This document shows positions 10,327 to 23,043 of a stretch of DNA of 64,000 nucleotides, one piece after another. Within the stretch, counting starts at the first letter, position 1; each line of letters begins with the position of its first letter. The notes under the pieces were generated by a model. That model did not search any database. It was given only the letters and a program-made list of their open reading frames with translations, and was not told the origin of the DNA. Position numbers and translations under genes: made by a program. Origin of the DNA: Pelomyxa schiedti (lineage: Eukaryota; Protista; Evosea); assembly GCA_020536535.1 (NCBI GenBank), contig JAHLWZ010000185.1, forward strand, positions 1-64,000. Reading direction: 5' to 3'.

Positions 10327-13300
10327 CTAGTAGGGAGACTGTGGACTGGATGGATCGGTGCAGTCTTCTCCTGAGAAGTACGGAGAGGGGCATGGGTTCC
10401 CAAGGACACGGTTTTTCCTCAAAGTATATATCAGTGATGTGATGGTAGGTTGTATGGTTCCTGTGGGACTGTGCTCGTAGCTACCAGCGGTACCATAAAT
10501 GCTGCACGTTTGGTAGTTCATAGTTAGTTCAGTGCCTGAGAAAAAGAGCAGGGAATGGCACCTTTCATGGTTCAGTTTACCCTTCTTCGTTGTGCACAGT
10601 TCAAATACCAGGTTTGGCCCCACTGGATTTAATATGACTATAAAGGTACCATCAGAAAACGAATGCAGCCAATCCCGTATCTGTGCCTTGGTGGCAAATC
10701 CGGCAAACCAATTCTGCCGGCAAAGATGCTCCATCTGTTTGTATTGGGGTTAATTATTAGAATTTTTCTGAAGCCTATACTGCCGGAAAATGGCCAGTTT
10801 GTGGGTCATAAAATTGTTTGAAGCAATTCACGAGATCATTGAATCTACTAGCTGTGAGCGTTTCTTCCTTTTTAACTGTTTAAGTGTAAGGATAGGAATA
10901 CTAGTAGGTTGGTGATGTACCAAGCGCAATCCTCCTGATAGAATAGGCCTTGTTGGATGGTAGTTGCAACATTTTCATGAACTGATCCCAGCTAGCAACT
11001 AAAGAGACACCAATCATACCTCTCCATATGGTAAAGGCCCCAATATCAACAATTACAAGTTGCAGCCTTATGTCTTGCAACCTCTGAACAACATAATCAA
11101 TACACGGTCTCTTGGATGCATCCTGATGCCACATTGCTTCTATTAAAGACTTGATAGCTCCAGCCTAATTCAGGAAGAATAAGACATAAGGATAATGGGC
11201 AATCAAATCACACCACTCGTTGGGGGACCCATTCTATGTCATTGTCCGGGAACTTAGGCCTATTCCCGTCGACTATGTAAGTGTCACGATCGTCGTCCTT
11301 CTTCTCCGGCAAAATTTCTTGCTTGGTGAACATCTCAAAAAAGCTCATTCCAAGGGCATATCTATTCCAGCACTGGGTTAGACGCCACCTTTACTCTCTA
11401 GACTCCTCCCGATCTCCCCTCCTTACATATCCGTCTGGATTGACCCTCGTTCTCGTGAAGCAGATTTAACTAGCATTTCGGGGGCCATGTAGGGTTCTGT
11501 TGTTGGTAAGCATCACAGCGTGTGAAGGGAAGGAGCCATACTTGTGCCTGACGTCCTATTAGATTGAACATGATTTTTGCCTTCTGGAAGAAGGCAGCAT
11601 AGTCCAAAATCGGCTAACTTGGGGTTTGTGTCTTGGTGTAAGTCTTTTGTTGCGATGGACCATACTGACTTTTACGTTGAAGTGTTCATTAAGGAGGAAA
11701 TTAGCGGGCTTGATATCCCTGTTCAAAGTTTTGCTTGAGGAGAAGAAGTGGGGTGGTTTGGCTAACCGGTGTATAGCCCTCATTTCGTTGTGCAGCCAAA
11801 CCACTGAAGAACACTGTTTGAGTGGTGAAGCGAAGAAAAGATTAGAAAGCTGCACAAAGAGGGAAAGAAAACACACTATCTGAAGAGCAAGAGTCAGAAA
11901 TGCCGAAAATCGGCCTTCCATAGCCCCAATAAACCTTTCTGGGATATTGGGGATAAGCTGTGTGTAGTGTATAAGCGTGTCCAGATCACAAATCATCTGA
12001 GGCATGACTAATGTAACAAAATCAGTTGTTTCACGAACACCTGCACAACAAATGAATATGATGGATGAAGAATTGTCTTATCATAGGAGAATGGAGAGGA
12101 CCACGGAGTTCTATTATGTTGTCATGACCTGCAAGTGCAAGCAACAAAGCCTCATACTTGATCGATTTAAGTGGTGTACTGCGTTTTCCTTTTAACGGGA
12201 TTTCTTTAATTGCATATGGTTCCCCATGCAATGTTGCTGTAGAATGGGGTATAAATAGACGCGGCTATGAAAGAAAAAAGAAAAGAAACGCACCTTTATA
12301 TACACAGCTAAAACCGCCAATCCCAAGAGGCTCTCCCTTTATTACTGTTCCTCCATCGTGCAACACACTCTCCGGCCATTCTGAAGTCTCAAAGATGCAC
12401 CCATTTCGTAAGGCCTGGATCTGCTTTTCGCGTTTCTCTGCTGGGGCTAGAATGGGTTCTGGGGCTTGTATTGGTGCTGGGGCTAGAATGAATTCTGGGG
12501 CTGGTATCGCTGCTGGCGTTGGTAGAGCCGTGGTAGTTGTAGTTGTGACGTTTCCTGGGGCATCAGGTAATGGTTTTGGAGGGACGGTTAATGGCATATC
12601 AAGTACTTGAATTGTTCGTCGTGGGGGCAGTGGACGCAAGGGTAGAACGGAGGGCTGTATTGTACGTCGTTTTTTTGATGCGGTTTCACCCTCGGGACTT
12701 TCGTCTTCTACCTCCACGTCTATGTATTCTGTTGGAATTTTCTCCTCCTCCACAAGTATTTCTTCTTCTTCTTCTTCAAAAACTTGTTCTCCCATGGTGC
12801 TTTGTGACCTGGATGCATCTCGTGACTTTGAAGGTTGTTGTAAAGGTAGGTGATGCCGATCGTCATGTTCTCTTCTCTGTGGCATTTGAAGTTCACGAGG
12901 AAGACTCAAACCACAGTTGTAACTAGAAGAATGGTAAGTGCAATCCTGAGTTGTTTGCATTGGTGGCGGTTGTCTGTAGGCGGAGCAGGTGCTCTGCCTG
13001 GTACCCCTGCCTCTGCTGGTCATGTGGCGCCCCGTGGCCACTCCTCTTTTGATGTCTTGCAAGGGGAAGGCTTCAGTGACTGCACAAGACGTGGCCGCAG
13101 CCGCGGTACGGGGATGCGTGGACGGTGAGATTGACATTGACACGGACTTTGATGCTGAGGAGGACGGGGGGCTGGAAACGGTCTTGTGGCTGTGCCATTC
13201 CTCCCAGGCTCTATGTAAGTCCCACGGCAAGGGTATTCGCTGCGCCACACATTCGTTATCTGAGAGCCACCTCACGTCGCCCGGATTGTCCCGTGCATAC

Positions 13301-13437
13301 TGACGATCTTCCTCTGTCTTGAAAATGGCGTAGGTCACGTTGTGAATCCACTTGCATGTGGGCTGGTCCTCCCGTAGTCTAAATAACGTTAGTTTATGAC
13401 ATAACGCAAATTACAGATCTCGCCAAAGCAACGACAT
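10327..13437 (-). CDS. Protein kinase (TKL-like) with C-terminal SH2-like domain (SHK-like architecture), multi-exon
   Basis: GIGGFS, YAIK, HRDIKPAN, LADFG, YMAPE and DIYALG after splicing; C-terminal WFAGFATKAQ..DGTFIV. Start inferred from a short first exon (MSLLWRD) plus an intron. Confidence 0.82.
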
Positions 13438-13915
13438 TATATAAAAAAATAAAAATGGTTTGTGCGCTGGGGAAAAACAAACAACCGGCCGGGGTAGAGC
13501 TGCAATAAACGTTCTGTAGCATCATCGTGATCACGAGACCACCTTTTCCTGGTCACAAGAAAGTACTTGCACACCTCCCTATCGTTCTCTTTCCCACAAG
13601 ACATGTTTATTTTCTCTAGTTTCTTTCCTTAGTTTTTTCTTATTTATGGGGCGCAGGGGAAATTTGTCACACGTAGACACCTTGTTTGTTTTGCCCAACG
13701 GTACCACATTAAGAAACCCATAATCACGGTAACAACCTACACCGCACGTGCAGCTTCAGGCAACAAAAAAAAACAGTAAGAGTTCGGTTAATAAACAACT
13801 TGGCGGAAAAACAACAGGTACCGGTGTTCCTACAATCATAATACCCGTCACCTGTTGTTAAGGCAAAGGGAAAAGTACCTTTCGAATTTGATTGGGCTGG
13901 GACTGCATGCACGAA

Positions 13916-14009
13916 ATTCCGCGGAGGAAATTCCGCGGAGGAAGTGCTGTGGCTATATCCTGATTCCACGGAGGAAATTCCGCGGAGGAAGTGCTGTGGC
14001 TATATCCTG
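13916..14009. repeat. Two tandem 47-bp units, each with two TCCGCGGA-type palindromic sub-repeats
   Basis: ATTCCGCGGAGGAAATTCCGCGGAGGAAGTGCTGTGGCTATATCCTG at 13916-13962 and 13963-14009, one mismatch. Confidence 0.95.
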
Positions 14010-14955
14010 GGGCTCTTTTTGCTGCGGTGGAGACCCAACCAAGGTGTGCACATCGGGCTGAAATGCCAACACTCACACTTGGGGTGGTTCCCCACAAGAA
14101 GCCAGTCAGAGAAGAAATACCGAGTGGATTTCATCATTGGGTGGAAATTCCAACTCTAAATGAAAACACTGGTTCACCCTGGAGCAACCACACAGCAAAT
14201 CTTTTGATACCGGTTATAATGTACTGTACACAGCACAGGGGAAAAAAATAAACAAATAAGAAATTAAAAAAAAAAATGCGACCTTGTTGCGTGGTGTCAA
14301 GATCTTGTGGAAAATAATGTTTAATATTAATTTTAGTTGTGTTTTTTTGGGCAAAACGAAAGTTGTCCCTGGGAAAAAAAGCGGGCTGAAATTTTTAGAG
14401 TACGTACAATGACGGCGAAGCGGGATTTGACGAAGACGGTGCTCTCGTATATCCTCGTTTGTTTGTTGTGGTGCTTTGGAATTGTGGACGCCCAACAACG
14501 ATGTGGTTGACGATGAAATGCACGGTGTCGTGATACGAATAACCCAGCCCAACAACACCAAGCCGTATTCCCTTAGCAGATCCATGGAACAAACGTCGAT
14601 GAGGTTCGCTTTCTCTGGGCTTGTCGCTTTGTGGCGGGTGTGACGCCACAGCAGGCAGCTCCCCGGTCATGTTTTTTATACAAAACAAAATTGAATACCG
14701 AAAGTAGGTTAAAAATGGTGTGTCGGGGGTGCCCATTATTATGGGATGCTCAAAGTAACTCGTGACATATTTTTACGGCATTTCAGTCCAAATTCCCAAC
14801 AAAATTCTGGACTTCTGCCCGTTCCTCTGAATTGGAAGCTACACTGCATTTTGGTTGAAATGGGGAAGTGAAAGGGGTGAAGAAAGTCATAGGAGATGGA
14901 GGCTTGTGGTAATTATGTAAAACTGAAACCGTTTTAAAACAGTGAAAGTACTTGG

Positions 14956-15579
14956 TCACAGTTCTTCTTTGTTGACAATTTCTAGAAGCTCCACTTCAAA
15001 GTTAAGGGCTGCATTCGGGGGAATCTTGGTGGAACTGTTAAAAGAAAAAAAATTTATAACATCTTCTACCTTTCTGCCTGCTCCCCTGGAACCATAACCA
15101 AGCTCCGGTGGAATCTTTCATGTCATTTAGAACAAAATGTTACTGAATGATTGTTTGGAATACCTCCAGCAATCGTTTCTCACCCACGCACATTCCAACC
15201 AAACCCTGATCCCAGCCCTTTATCACGCGACCAGTGCCGAGTACAAATTGAAATGGTTGTCCTCTATCAACAGATGAATCAAACTTTTCTCCATTTGCTG
15301 CGAGAGTTCCTGTGTAGTGCATCTGTTACAGCTGTTAAGAAACCACTAACTAATCATTGTGTACATTTGTGACAAAACATTTCAGTTATAATTGTACCTT
15401 GAGGGTATCGCCATTCTTAGATTTCCTGAGGCAACTCTCCGGGCTTGTCTGTTTTTGGGCACATAAACAAACGGGAAAAACCCAAAAGTAAAAGCACCAA
15501 CCATCACAGTGACTTTCAGTTCTTGAGCAGCATAGGCCGCCACCACGAACAACAACAATACGATGCACCCCTTCTTCAT
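14956..15579 (-). CDS. ER-type FKBP peptidyl-prolyl isomerase (FKBP2/FKBP13-like)
   Basis: Signal peptide; [43 protein letters not shown]; C-terminal KEEL retention signal. Confidence 0.93.
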
Positions 15580-15661
15580 TGTGGACCACGAAGAGAAACA
15601 AAATCAAGTCGTTGTTTTTGATCCCGAAAAGAGAAAATTCCAAACAAACGAAAAAAAGCGA

Positions 15662-18600
15662 ATGGGGGATGAAGGGACAGAAAAATTGGGAGACAGGGGC
15701 ACTAAACACCGCAGGCTAAATGACACGCCATCATCGTCGAGGACACCCTGTGTCGTAGTGGAGGCATCACTCCCCGGACGCTTGGGGATTACACCACAAA
15801 GTCAAAATAATCCCAGTGGGTTGGCGGGAGATCTTGCTGCATCCGGCACTACGACTACCGCTATTTACGACAACGAGAGATCAAAGGAGAGCAACGACGC
15901 TGTGGGCATGAATGAGGTTGTTTTACAAGGATCTAAAACCGAGTGCTGTGAGGCAAGCTCGTGTTCTACTACTGTTGATTACTGCATCACTGACCTTGGA
16001 ATTGATTGCCTATCCGCTGTATTTGTCTTTCTGAAGAAGCGTGAATGGCTCGTGATCATGAAGGTTTCTAAGCTTTGGAGAAAAACTGTTTTGCTTTGCT
16101 GTGAACTATGTTACTCGCAGCATTGGGGGAACTCTGCCCTCACATCTGCACCAAGCCTCCCAAATCAGGAACCTAAGTCATTGGGTTCCTGTGAATGTGA
16201 AAACCTCTCTGTATTTTGTTCTTCTTGGCCTGGGAAATATTTCTTCAGAAGAACCTATGAGAAATATCTTAAATCCGAATTCCTTCGTCCCCTCCATTGC
16301 GCTATGCTTTATGCTGATTCCGAGCCAACAAGCACCGAATTTAAGTGTTCTTTGCCTAGTCAGCACGTGTGTTTTGTGGAAAAAAAAGCCTGGATACTTG
16401 TGGATTCAATGAAATTCTACACCGAGATCAGTGGTTGCTCTCCTGAGAAAGAAGCCATTGAAAGACTTAAATATCTTATTGTGATGGGCAGAATGCAGTC
16501 TAGCCTCAATCTTCATAATAGTGATTTGCTTCTTACAATGCAGCATTGGGTTGATAATTTTTCCAAATCTCTCTTTGGTACAAGCTGCAACTGGACATAT
16601 ATGACCCAAATTTATGACAACACTAAGTCTTTTTTTTTCAGGCTCCATCAAACACCTAATTTGGCCACTTGTTAGAGTTGTTCTCGAACATATGATAGAC
16701 GAAAAGTTATTACAGGAGCCAAGGTGTTGGTACGCCTAACAATCCACAGTGTTAGTCCCCAACCTGTAGCAGGTCTTGTCCAGAATACCTTCTCTACAAA
16801 ATGTCCCTTAGCAACTCTGGAATACTTGAACCCTTAATCAGCAATGTGGAAGCGTACTTTTCGTCGATGCATATATCTCATCACAAGTTAATCCTTGGTG
16901 AGCTGAACGAATCGAGCAAAAACCCCGGTATGCAAGAATGCATCCACAAATTCCATCTTGGACTTCGTGCCTTAGCGTCAGCTTGTGTTGGTGACGTACT
17001 TTCCGAGTCCCTCCTCGGGAAGCTTGGTGCTCTTTTACCTCTACTCTTCAGGTTGCTGAAACCTCCGGTTTTTTTTTCCCTATTCATTTTTCTGCTTTAG
17101 ACTGCAACAACAAGATGATATTTATATACAACGTGTGTCAATATGGATAATAAGAGAGATTGGGATATCGCTCTTCAAATCCAATCACGTGGAATTAGCC
17201 AACAAATGCCTTGTGCACATCGTTGATTTATTTGATGTAAAGACAGTAGAAAATGTCACATTGCATTCTGTACTTGATTTTTATTTATAATCCAGTTTAC
17301 CTCTCGTAGATTGCTAAAGTTTTTACCGAAGTTGGTAAATATGTACCAGAACCTACCAGGTTCAAAGCTATAAGTGTATTTATTCCTTTTCTCGTTTGGC
17401 TTCAGTCTTATTCTAGTAAGGCCCTTATCTCTTCTAATCCCAGTATACAAGATGAAGTCAGATGGCACACAATCACACAAATTGTTCAATTGAAAACACT
17501 TTCTCCCTTGGAAGTTCAATCTATTTCGGATATCTTTATTCCTCAGTAAACTGTCTTCCTACTTGTCCCAAGTCAAATAGAAAAAAAGATTCTTGGATCT
17601 AATAGAAGATGCGGCTAAGGTTGGCTCACTTTATTTTGCTTCATCTTACACCAACTCAGCTGCACTCTATTAATCTGAGAAGAATTTTGTTGTCTGTTAT
17701 ACCCGTGACTTGTAGCAGATATTTATGTCATTACTATTCAGATGCTGAAGCTGAGAACATGTTCGAGTATTGGATGGCGATTCTATCTAGAGAACTTGAG
17801 GGAACAGATAGCCGTGGTACCACTGCCTTAATTGCCGTGTTGTATTCATGTTCCCTCACGAAGATGTCTGTTCACTCCTTGATGCGACAAGTGATCTTGT
17901 AAAGGGATTTGGGGAGCAAGCAATTGAATGCCTCTCGCCTGTCATGTCAACACTGTGGCAATGGTGGTCTAATTTTGCCAATGTATACTTCATTTGTTCC
18001 TGCCTTTTTAATTTGACTTGACCTTCAAGAAAGCACAAAATTTGGATTTTGAGGTACCCTTGATTCACCTCCACGCCATCTCAGTAAGTGTGGTCAACTT
18101 CAATTCACAATAACCAACCACAGATGTGTCGCTTTGTTCGTAGTATGGAATGTTCGCTCTCTCCTTTAAATGAGTATTTTCGAGGAGGTGACTTCATGTA
18201 CTTTTTACATGGAAAACTGCGTGCCAGTTTGAACATCCACGATGTTGATCTAAAAACGGTAAAAAAGAAAAGAGGGCGATTCATCTAATTCTAATTCAAT
18301 CTAAGTTGAAGTGCTTGAGGAATTTGGCAAAAGATCATTGTTCTGGAAAAGAACTTATATTTTCTAATTACTACCTTACTGGGTTCATCGCCTTGATGCT
18401 TGATATGATTATATCGCCAACCACAAAGCTCAGGTTGCTGCCTTCACTCTTCCCACTCCAAAAAAAAGTTATGTCCACAGCGAAGTTGCTACTGACGGTA
18501 AGATTGATTCACACCTTTCACGTTCTCAGCTCACTTGAACTGGCCAGATTTTATGGGGAACAAATGTCTCAAGCAAGTGTGTCTGGCAGCTACAGGCATT

Positions 18601-18715
18601 GCCCTTACCGAGGCCACTCGCCTTTGAAACTCTCAAAGAGTTCACATGCACTCCAGAGGGCAATCTGAGGCACATTAGAACAAAAAAAAAGCAGAGACAC
18701 AGGAGGCGGCACTGA
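15662..18715 (+). CDS. Multi-exon hypothetical protein with F-box-like motif and helical C-terminal region
   Basis: ITDLGIDCLSAVFVFL..VIMKVSKLWRK resembles an F-box. Same-strand Leu-rich exons with GT..AG introns run to a stop at 18713-18715. Internal boundaries only partly resolved. Confidence 0.55.
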
Positions 18716-18821
18716 AGAATTCCAAATAGCAAGGCATAAAATAAGATGGTGTTTATTTCTCTTTTTTTTTCGTTTATACAGAGTTGGTGTAATAGTAATT
18801 TGCACAAGAGGAAGTAAAGAA

Positions 18822-21138
18822 CTAGGAGCAGTGAAGTGTGAAAGAGGGTGTGTGAGTCTTGGGTGCTGTGAAGGGACTGGAGTGTCCAAAGGCTTTTCGG
18901 TGTGTTGGAGGTTTGGGCAATTTTTTCAGTTGTCCTGTAAGGGAAATGATGAGCTTCCAGTGTGTAATTTTATTTTGTGTTAAGTATGGTATTTTGGAGC
19001 AAGGAAGTACTTGATTGGCCAAGTTTTGCAACAAGGTGGTCTGGTATTAACCCTAATTCCACCATCTCGTCTTGTAAGGCACAGTAACCAAAGGAATACT
19101 GGTCCTATAGGTGGTGAGTATGTTCATGCTCTGCATTTATGTACATAGTATATTTGAGATAGCGCTTCTAGTAGTATTTCTATTTGAAGATAGGAAGTGT
19201 CTTGCCTGTTGCTGAACCATCCCTGGTCTTTGTTGTCTGAGACTTCTTACAGTATTACACATGTCCATGTTTCTAAGAACATTAATGGAGGTTTTCATCA
19301 AGTGAATGTCCCAATCCTCACCGCTCTCGCCGGTTGGTGGAAGCGGGGAGGGTGAATGGTTGATGAGTGATGTGCAATTTGATTCAATGTAGTGGTAAAG
19401 TTTTTCTATACTGATGTGAATGGCACAGAATGTTCCTGTGCGACCAACGCCAGCACTGTATGGGATTAAAGAAAAAAAAAGAATGGAATCATTGTACCTG
19501 CAATGTACTATTGTTGGTTTTGGTAGGGATGGAACTTGTGAAGAGCAAGAGGGTAACGAAGCTAATCGTACCCTCTTTGTTGGGTTTGAAGTGTCATCGG
19601 TGTGTTGACTGATATTTTGGATGAGTTTGCGAATATGTCGTGTTGTGCTGGGGACACTGTGGTCCGGCCATCCACTATACTGATAGTGCTCAATAGTCCG
19701 AATTTCACCTGGATGCTAACCCAGGTTAGTCGAGAGTCTATCAGACAACACACACACTTGGGAATTTGTGATCTGGAAAGTTCTATGGATAACAGAATTC
19801 TTGGAGAACATTTCTTCTCCAATCAAAGTAACAGTCATGAAGCCATACTCGTGGGATTTTTCTTGTGGAGTTGGCCAATATCTGTCAACCTTAACCTAGT
19901 GGGGCTTAAGAGTTGGCAAGTTGGGTGAAATCCTTACTGTTGCGTGTTCAAACTCTTTTGTCAGCATAATGATAAGAAAACTGGCGGTTTCCCATGTCAT
20001 TCGCCAGAAATCAGGGAATGTGCATGGAAGAGGGCCTTGAGTAGCAATGTACGCCTTGTTTCCTGACATATCCTTTGAAGGTGTTACATTGTGGTTGTGG
20101 GCAGGGGATGTACTTTGATATAACTTGCGTTGATATAATCAGACCCAATGGCGTCATAAGCGTGTAGTTTCACTCTGGTTTGTTCATCTTTTGCGTGTTA
20201 GAATCTCTTAAAAGAAAAAAGAACATACAAGGTATAACATTTGGGTATCTATTTTTGGCTCTATTATACACCTGTAGCCCTGTTGCTCCATGCTCCACAG
20301 TTAATGGTTCTCCCAGAAACTTTTTGTTTAATTGTGTCAGGTACAAAGCAAATCTAAAAAAAAGGAAAAAAAAAGAAGAAATACACACTGCAAATTCTGT
20401 ATATGGCTTAACAGGATCAAGAAGTGAAATGAGTATCTCCTGTAAAGCTTCTTTCTCTGTGCTTGATGGGGTCATGAAATCCAAGCCGTTATTCCACATT
20501 GTACAAAAGGGTCTCCTCTCCAATGCAGCGTCGAGGCCACTCCCATAAGTTTCAACAGTCGGCGCGCATGTGGAGGTAGGTGGACTCGCCATCAATGTCG
20601 AGAAGGGCACAATTGAAGAGCCGTCGTCAGCCTCGGAGCGGAGAGGTGAAACTGCTTTTCGCGGAAACGCGGGTGCCGATTCGGAATCTGGGGACATTGA
20701 CCGCACCGAGTTAGAGGAGATGGATCTAGTAGGCCCTCTGCATTGAGAGACTAGTGAGAGGGAATGCGACCGCTTCAGAGGCATTAATACCTCCTGAGTG
20801 TCGTCACATTCATCGCTGTTGTCATTATGGGTTGAATCATTGTCATTGTCATTGTCATTGCCATTTCGGGCACTGCCGAGGACTGACCTCGTCGAGGCGG
20901 TCTGGGTCTCGTCGTGGTCGTCGAGAATCGGCGACCCGTGGCCGTCTGAATCCCGAGCATTTGTGGCAGACGCAGCCGAAGAAGAAGACGGAATTGTGGG
21001 AGACAACGGAGAGCGGGTCGGGCTCGTCGACGCCGGGGACAAAGAAAATTCGTCGGGAGGAGGCCTGAGATGGCCCAGTTGGCGTTGGTCGTCGTCGTCA
21101 AAATTGGTGGTGTTGGTGTCGTGGCCGCGGGGCTGCAT
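18822..21138 (-). CDS. Classical protein tyrosine phosphatase with low-complexity N-terminus
   Basis: KNRYPNV, DYINAS, YIATQGP, YWP, WPDH, HCSAGVGRTG and MVQQQ|DQY. The 3' end is either 18970 or 18822, depending on a last intron. Confidence 0.92.
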
Positions 21139-21388
21139 CGTGTACTCCGTTGTTGTTTTTCCCTTGGGTATTTCCTTTTTCCTTTGTGTGCACAAAGCCG
21201 AAGAACAGTAACTAACAACCAAAGTGACTACTTAGTTGAATTGTGTTCATCCCCCTTACGACAAAGTGCTGATTCCAGTTTAGGGCCCCGTGATCGGTCT
21301 CCTATTTTGCCGATGAAAAACTGGTGTTCGGTGATTTTGCCCCGAACGGTTTTATTTTTCCATTTTTCAAGCTTTTTCAAACAAACAA

Positions 21389-21730
21389 GAAGGACCCTTC
21401 TGGTTAATACTCACTACCTTGATCAACAAAGTGGATCATGTAACCTTGCCTACCAAACCAGAAGGGGGTTTGATTTGGACGGATCCACGACTCCCTCCGC
21501 CGTTTTGCCAGATGCCCTTTCTTGTTGTCCAGAAAAGACCTTGTGGAATCGATTCCTAGAGTTTTCTCTTTTTCCGAATCTGAATAAAACAGCGGCACTG
21601 GATCCCATTATCAACCAACCATGCGAACAATACTCCCTCAAGGGTACTGGGACACCTGAGGGGCAGTAAGAGTCCGACTAAAAATACCGGCCTCCTTGGA
21701 TTCAAGGAATCCGGGGATTCACGAACCCTC
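21389..21730 (-). ncRNA. Candidate ~340-nt structured RNA, family unassigned
   Basis: About 12 nested or adjacent helices found by eye, including paired 5' and 3' ends. Eight positions are G-U on the minus strand but A-C on the plus strand. Lies in an unusually large intergenic gap. Confidence 0.65.
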
Positions 21731-21791
21731 AAAAAAAAATGGACCGAGAAAAAGAACAAAAAAAAAAAGCACAACCAAAACAATCCGGCAA

Positions 21792-22829
21792 ATGAATTGC
21801 AAATGTGTGGTGGTACGACACATGCCCCGCTGTTACTTATTGTTTATTATTCCCCGTGGATCTAACGTTTGTTGTGTAGGTGGGAGATGGAGCCGTTGGT
21901 ATTTTTCCTTCCTCTTTTTTTCCCCTCCCGAAAGATCTTTTTTTTGCGACGACCAACGAACATTCAAAAAGGCAAGACGTGCTTGCTCATTAGTTGGAGC
22001 AGTGGAGCTTTTCCGCCGTATGTCCCTTTTATCATCTTGAAAAATAGGAAGAAAAATTATTGTCTAACACAGTTAAAAAGGGAAGACTACATTCCCACAG
22101 TTTTTGTGTGTATCCATCCCCCAGAAATTTCGACCATCTACACCAGTTTCCCTCTTACCACCTGAAAAGAACAATTCTACCAAAGCAGCTACACTTGAGG
22201 GAAAACCTGTAAACGTAACTCTTTGGGATACCGCCGGCCAAGAAGATGTAAGCAATTGCATCTCCAATCAATAGGTCCTAACTGTAGTAGTATGACCGCA
22301 TCCGCCCATGCTCATATATCGGCGCAGATGTATTTCTTGTTTGTTTTTCTGTTGTAAACCCAAGCACTTTTTCGAACGTTAAAGGGAAATGGTATGGCTC
22401 TTCATCTCCTGATTGGTTTTTATGGTTAATTTCCAGGGTTCCGGAGATATCTCACCATTGCCCAAACATTCCATTCCTGTTGGTTGGAACTAAAATCGAT
22501 CTACGGAATGATCCCGGCATTGTTAAAAAGCTGCAACAGAAAAGCCGAAGGGGTCCAATAACAGCGGAGGAAGGTGAAGCCGAAGCAGCAGCAATCGGAG
22601 CTGTTAAGGTACCTTCTTTGTTTGTAAGTGCAATACTTACCAACCCATCTTTTTTTAGTACATGGAATGCTCGGCACTCACCTTGGAGGTTAGTTCTTGT
22701 TTCAAGTTTGTGACCCGTTCTCATTAATTACAGAATGTGAATACTGTGTTTGAAGAAGGCATGAGGGCGACATTCAAGCACCTAAAGAAGAAGGGAAAGA
22801 AGGGAGGAAAGGAATGCATGGTCATGTAA
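21792..22829 (+). CDS. Rho-family (Rac-like) small GTPase, multi-exon
   Basis: [46 protein letters not shown] and ECSALT; polybasic tail and CAAX CMVM. Confidence 0.93.
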
Positions 22830-23043
22830 GATGACCATTTCGGTATTGTCAACTATACGAGTTGCAAAAAAACTCTCAACAAGAGATTTTTTGTGCCATA
22901 TCTCTTCAGAAATAGAATAGAAGCCCATTTCGATGGCTACCACCATGGACCAGTAATCACATTTTGGCACTAATGCCCTGCGAAAAAACAAACGCCAACA
23001 TAAGATCTTCATTTTCTTTTTTTTTTAATTTAATCAAAAAAGG

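Noticed and set aside
13525-13554. U5 snRNA-like stem-loop (GACC-ACCTTTTCCT-GGTC) next to a 12-bp palindrome
   Set aside because: The loop differs from the invariant GCCUUUUAC at two positions and the stem is short.
13916-14009. CRISPR array
   Set aside because: The segments between repeats are identical rather than unique spacers, there are only two units and no cas genes.
21389-21730. Assignment of the structured RNA as RNase P/MRP, SRP, tmRNA, group I intron, U2 or telomerase RNA
   Set aside because: Only partial look-alikes (AGUCGGAC, GAAUCCCCGG, GAUCAAGGUAGU) in the wrong positions; no P4 partner, SRP helix-8 motif, P7 partner or C-rich template.
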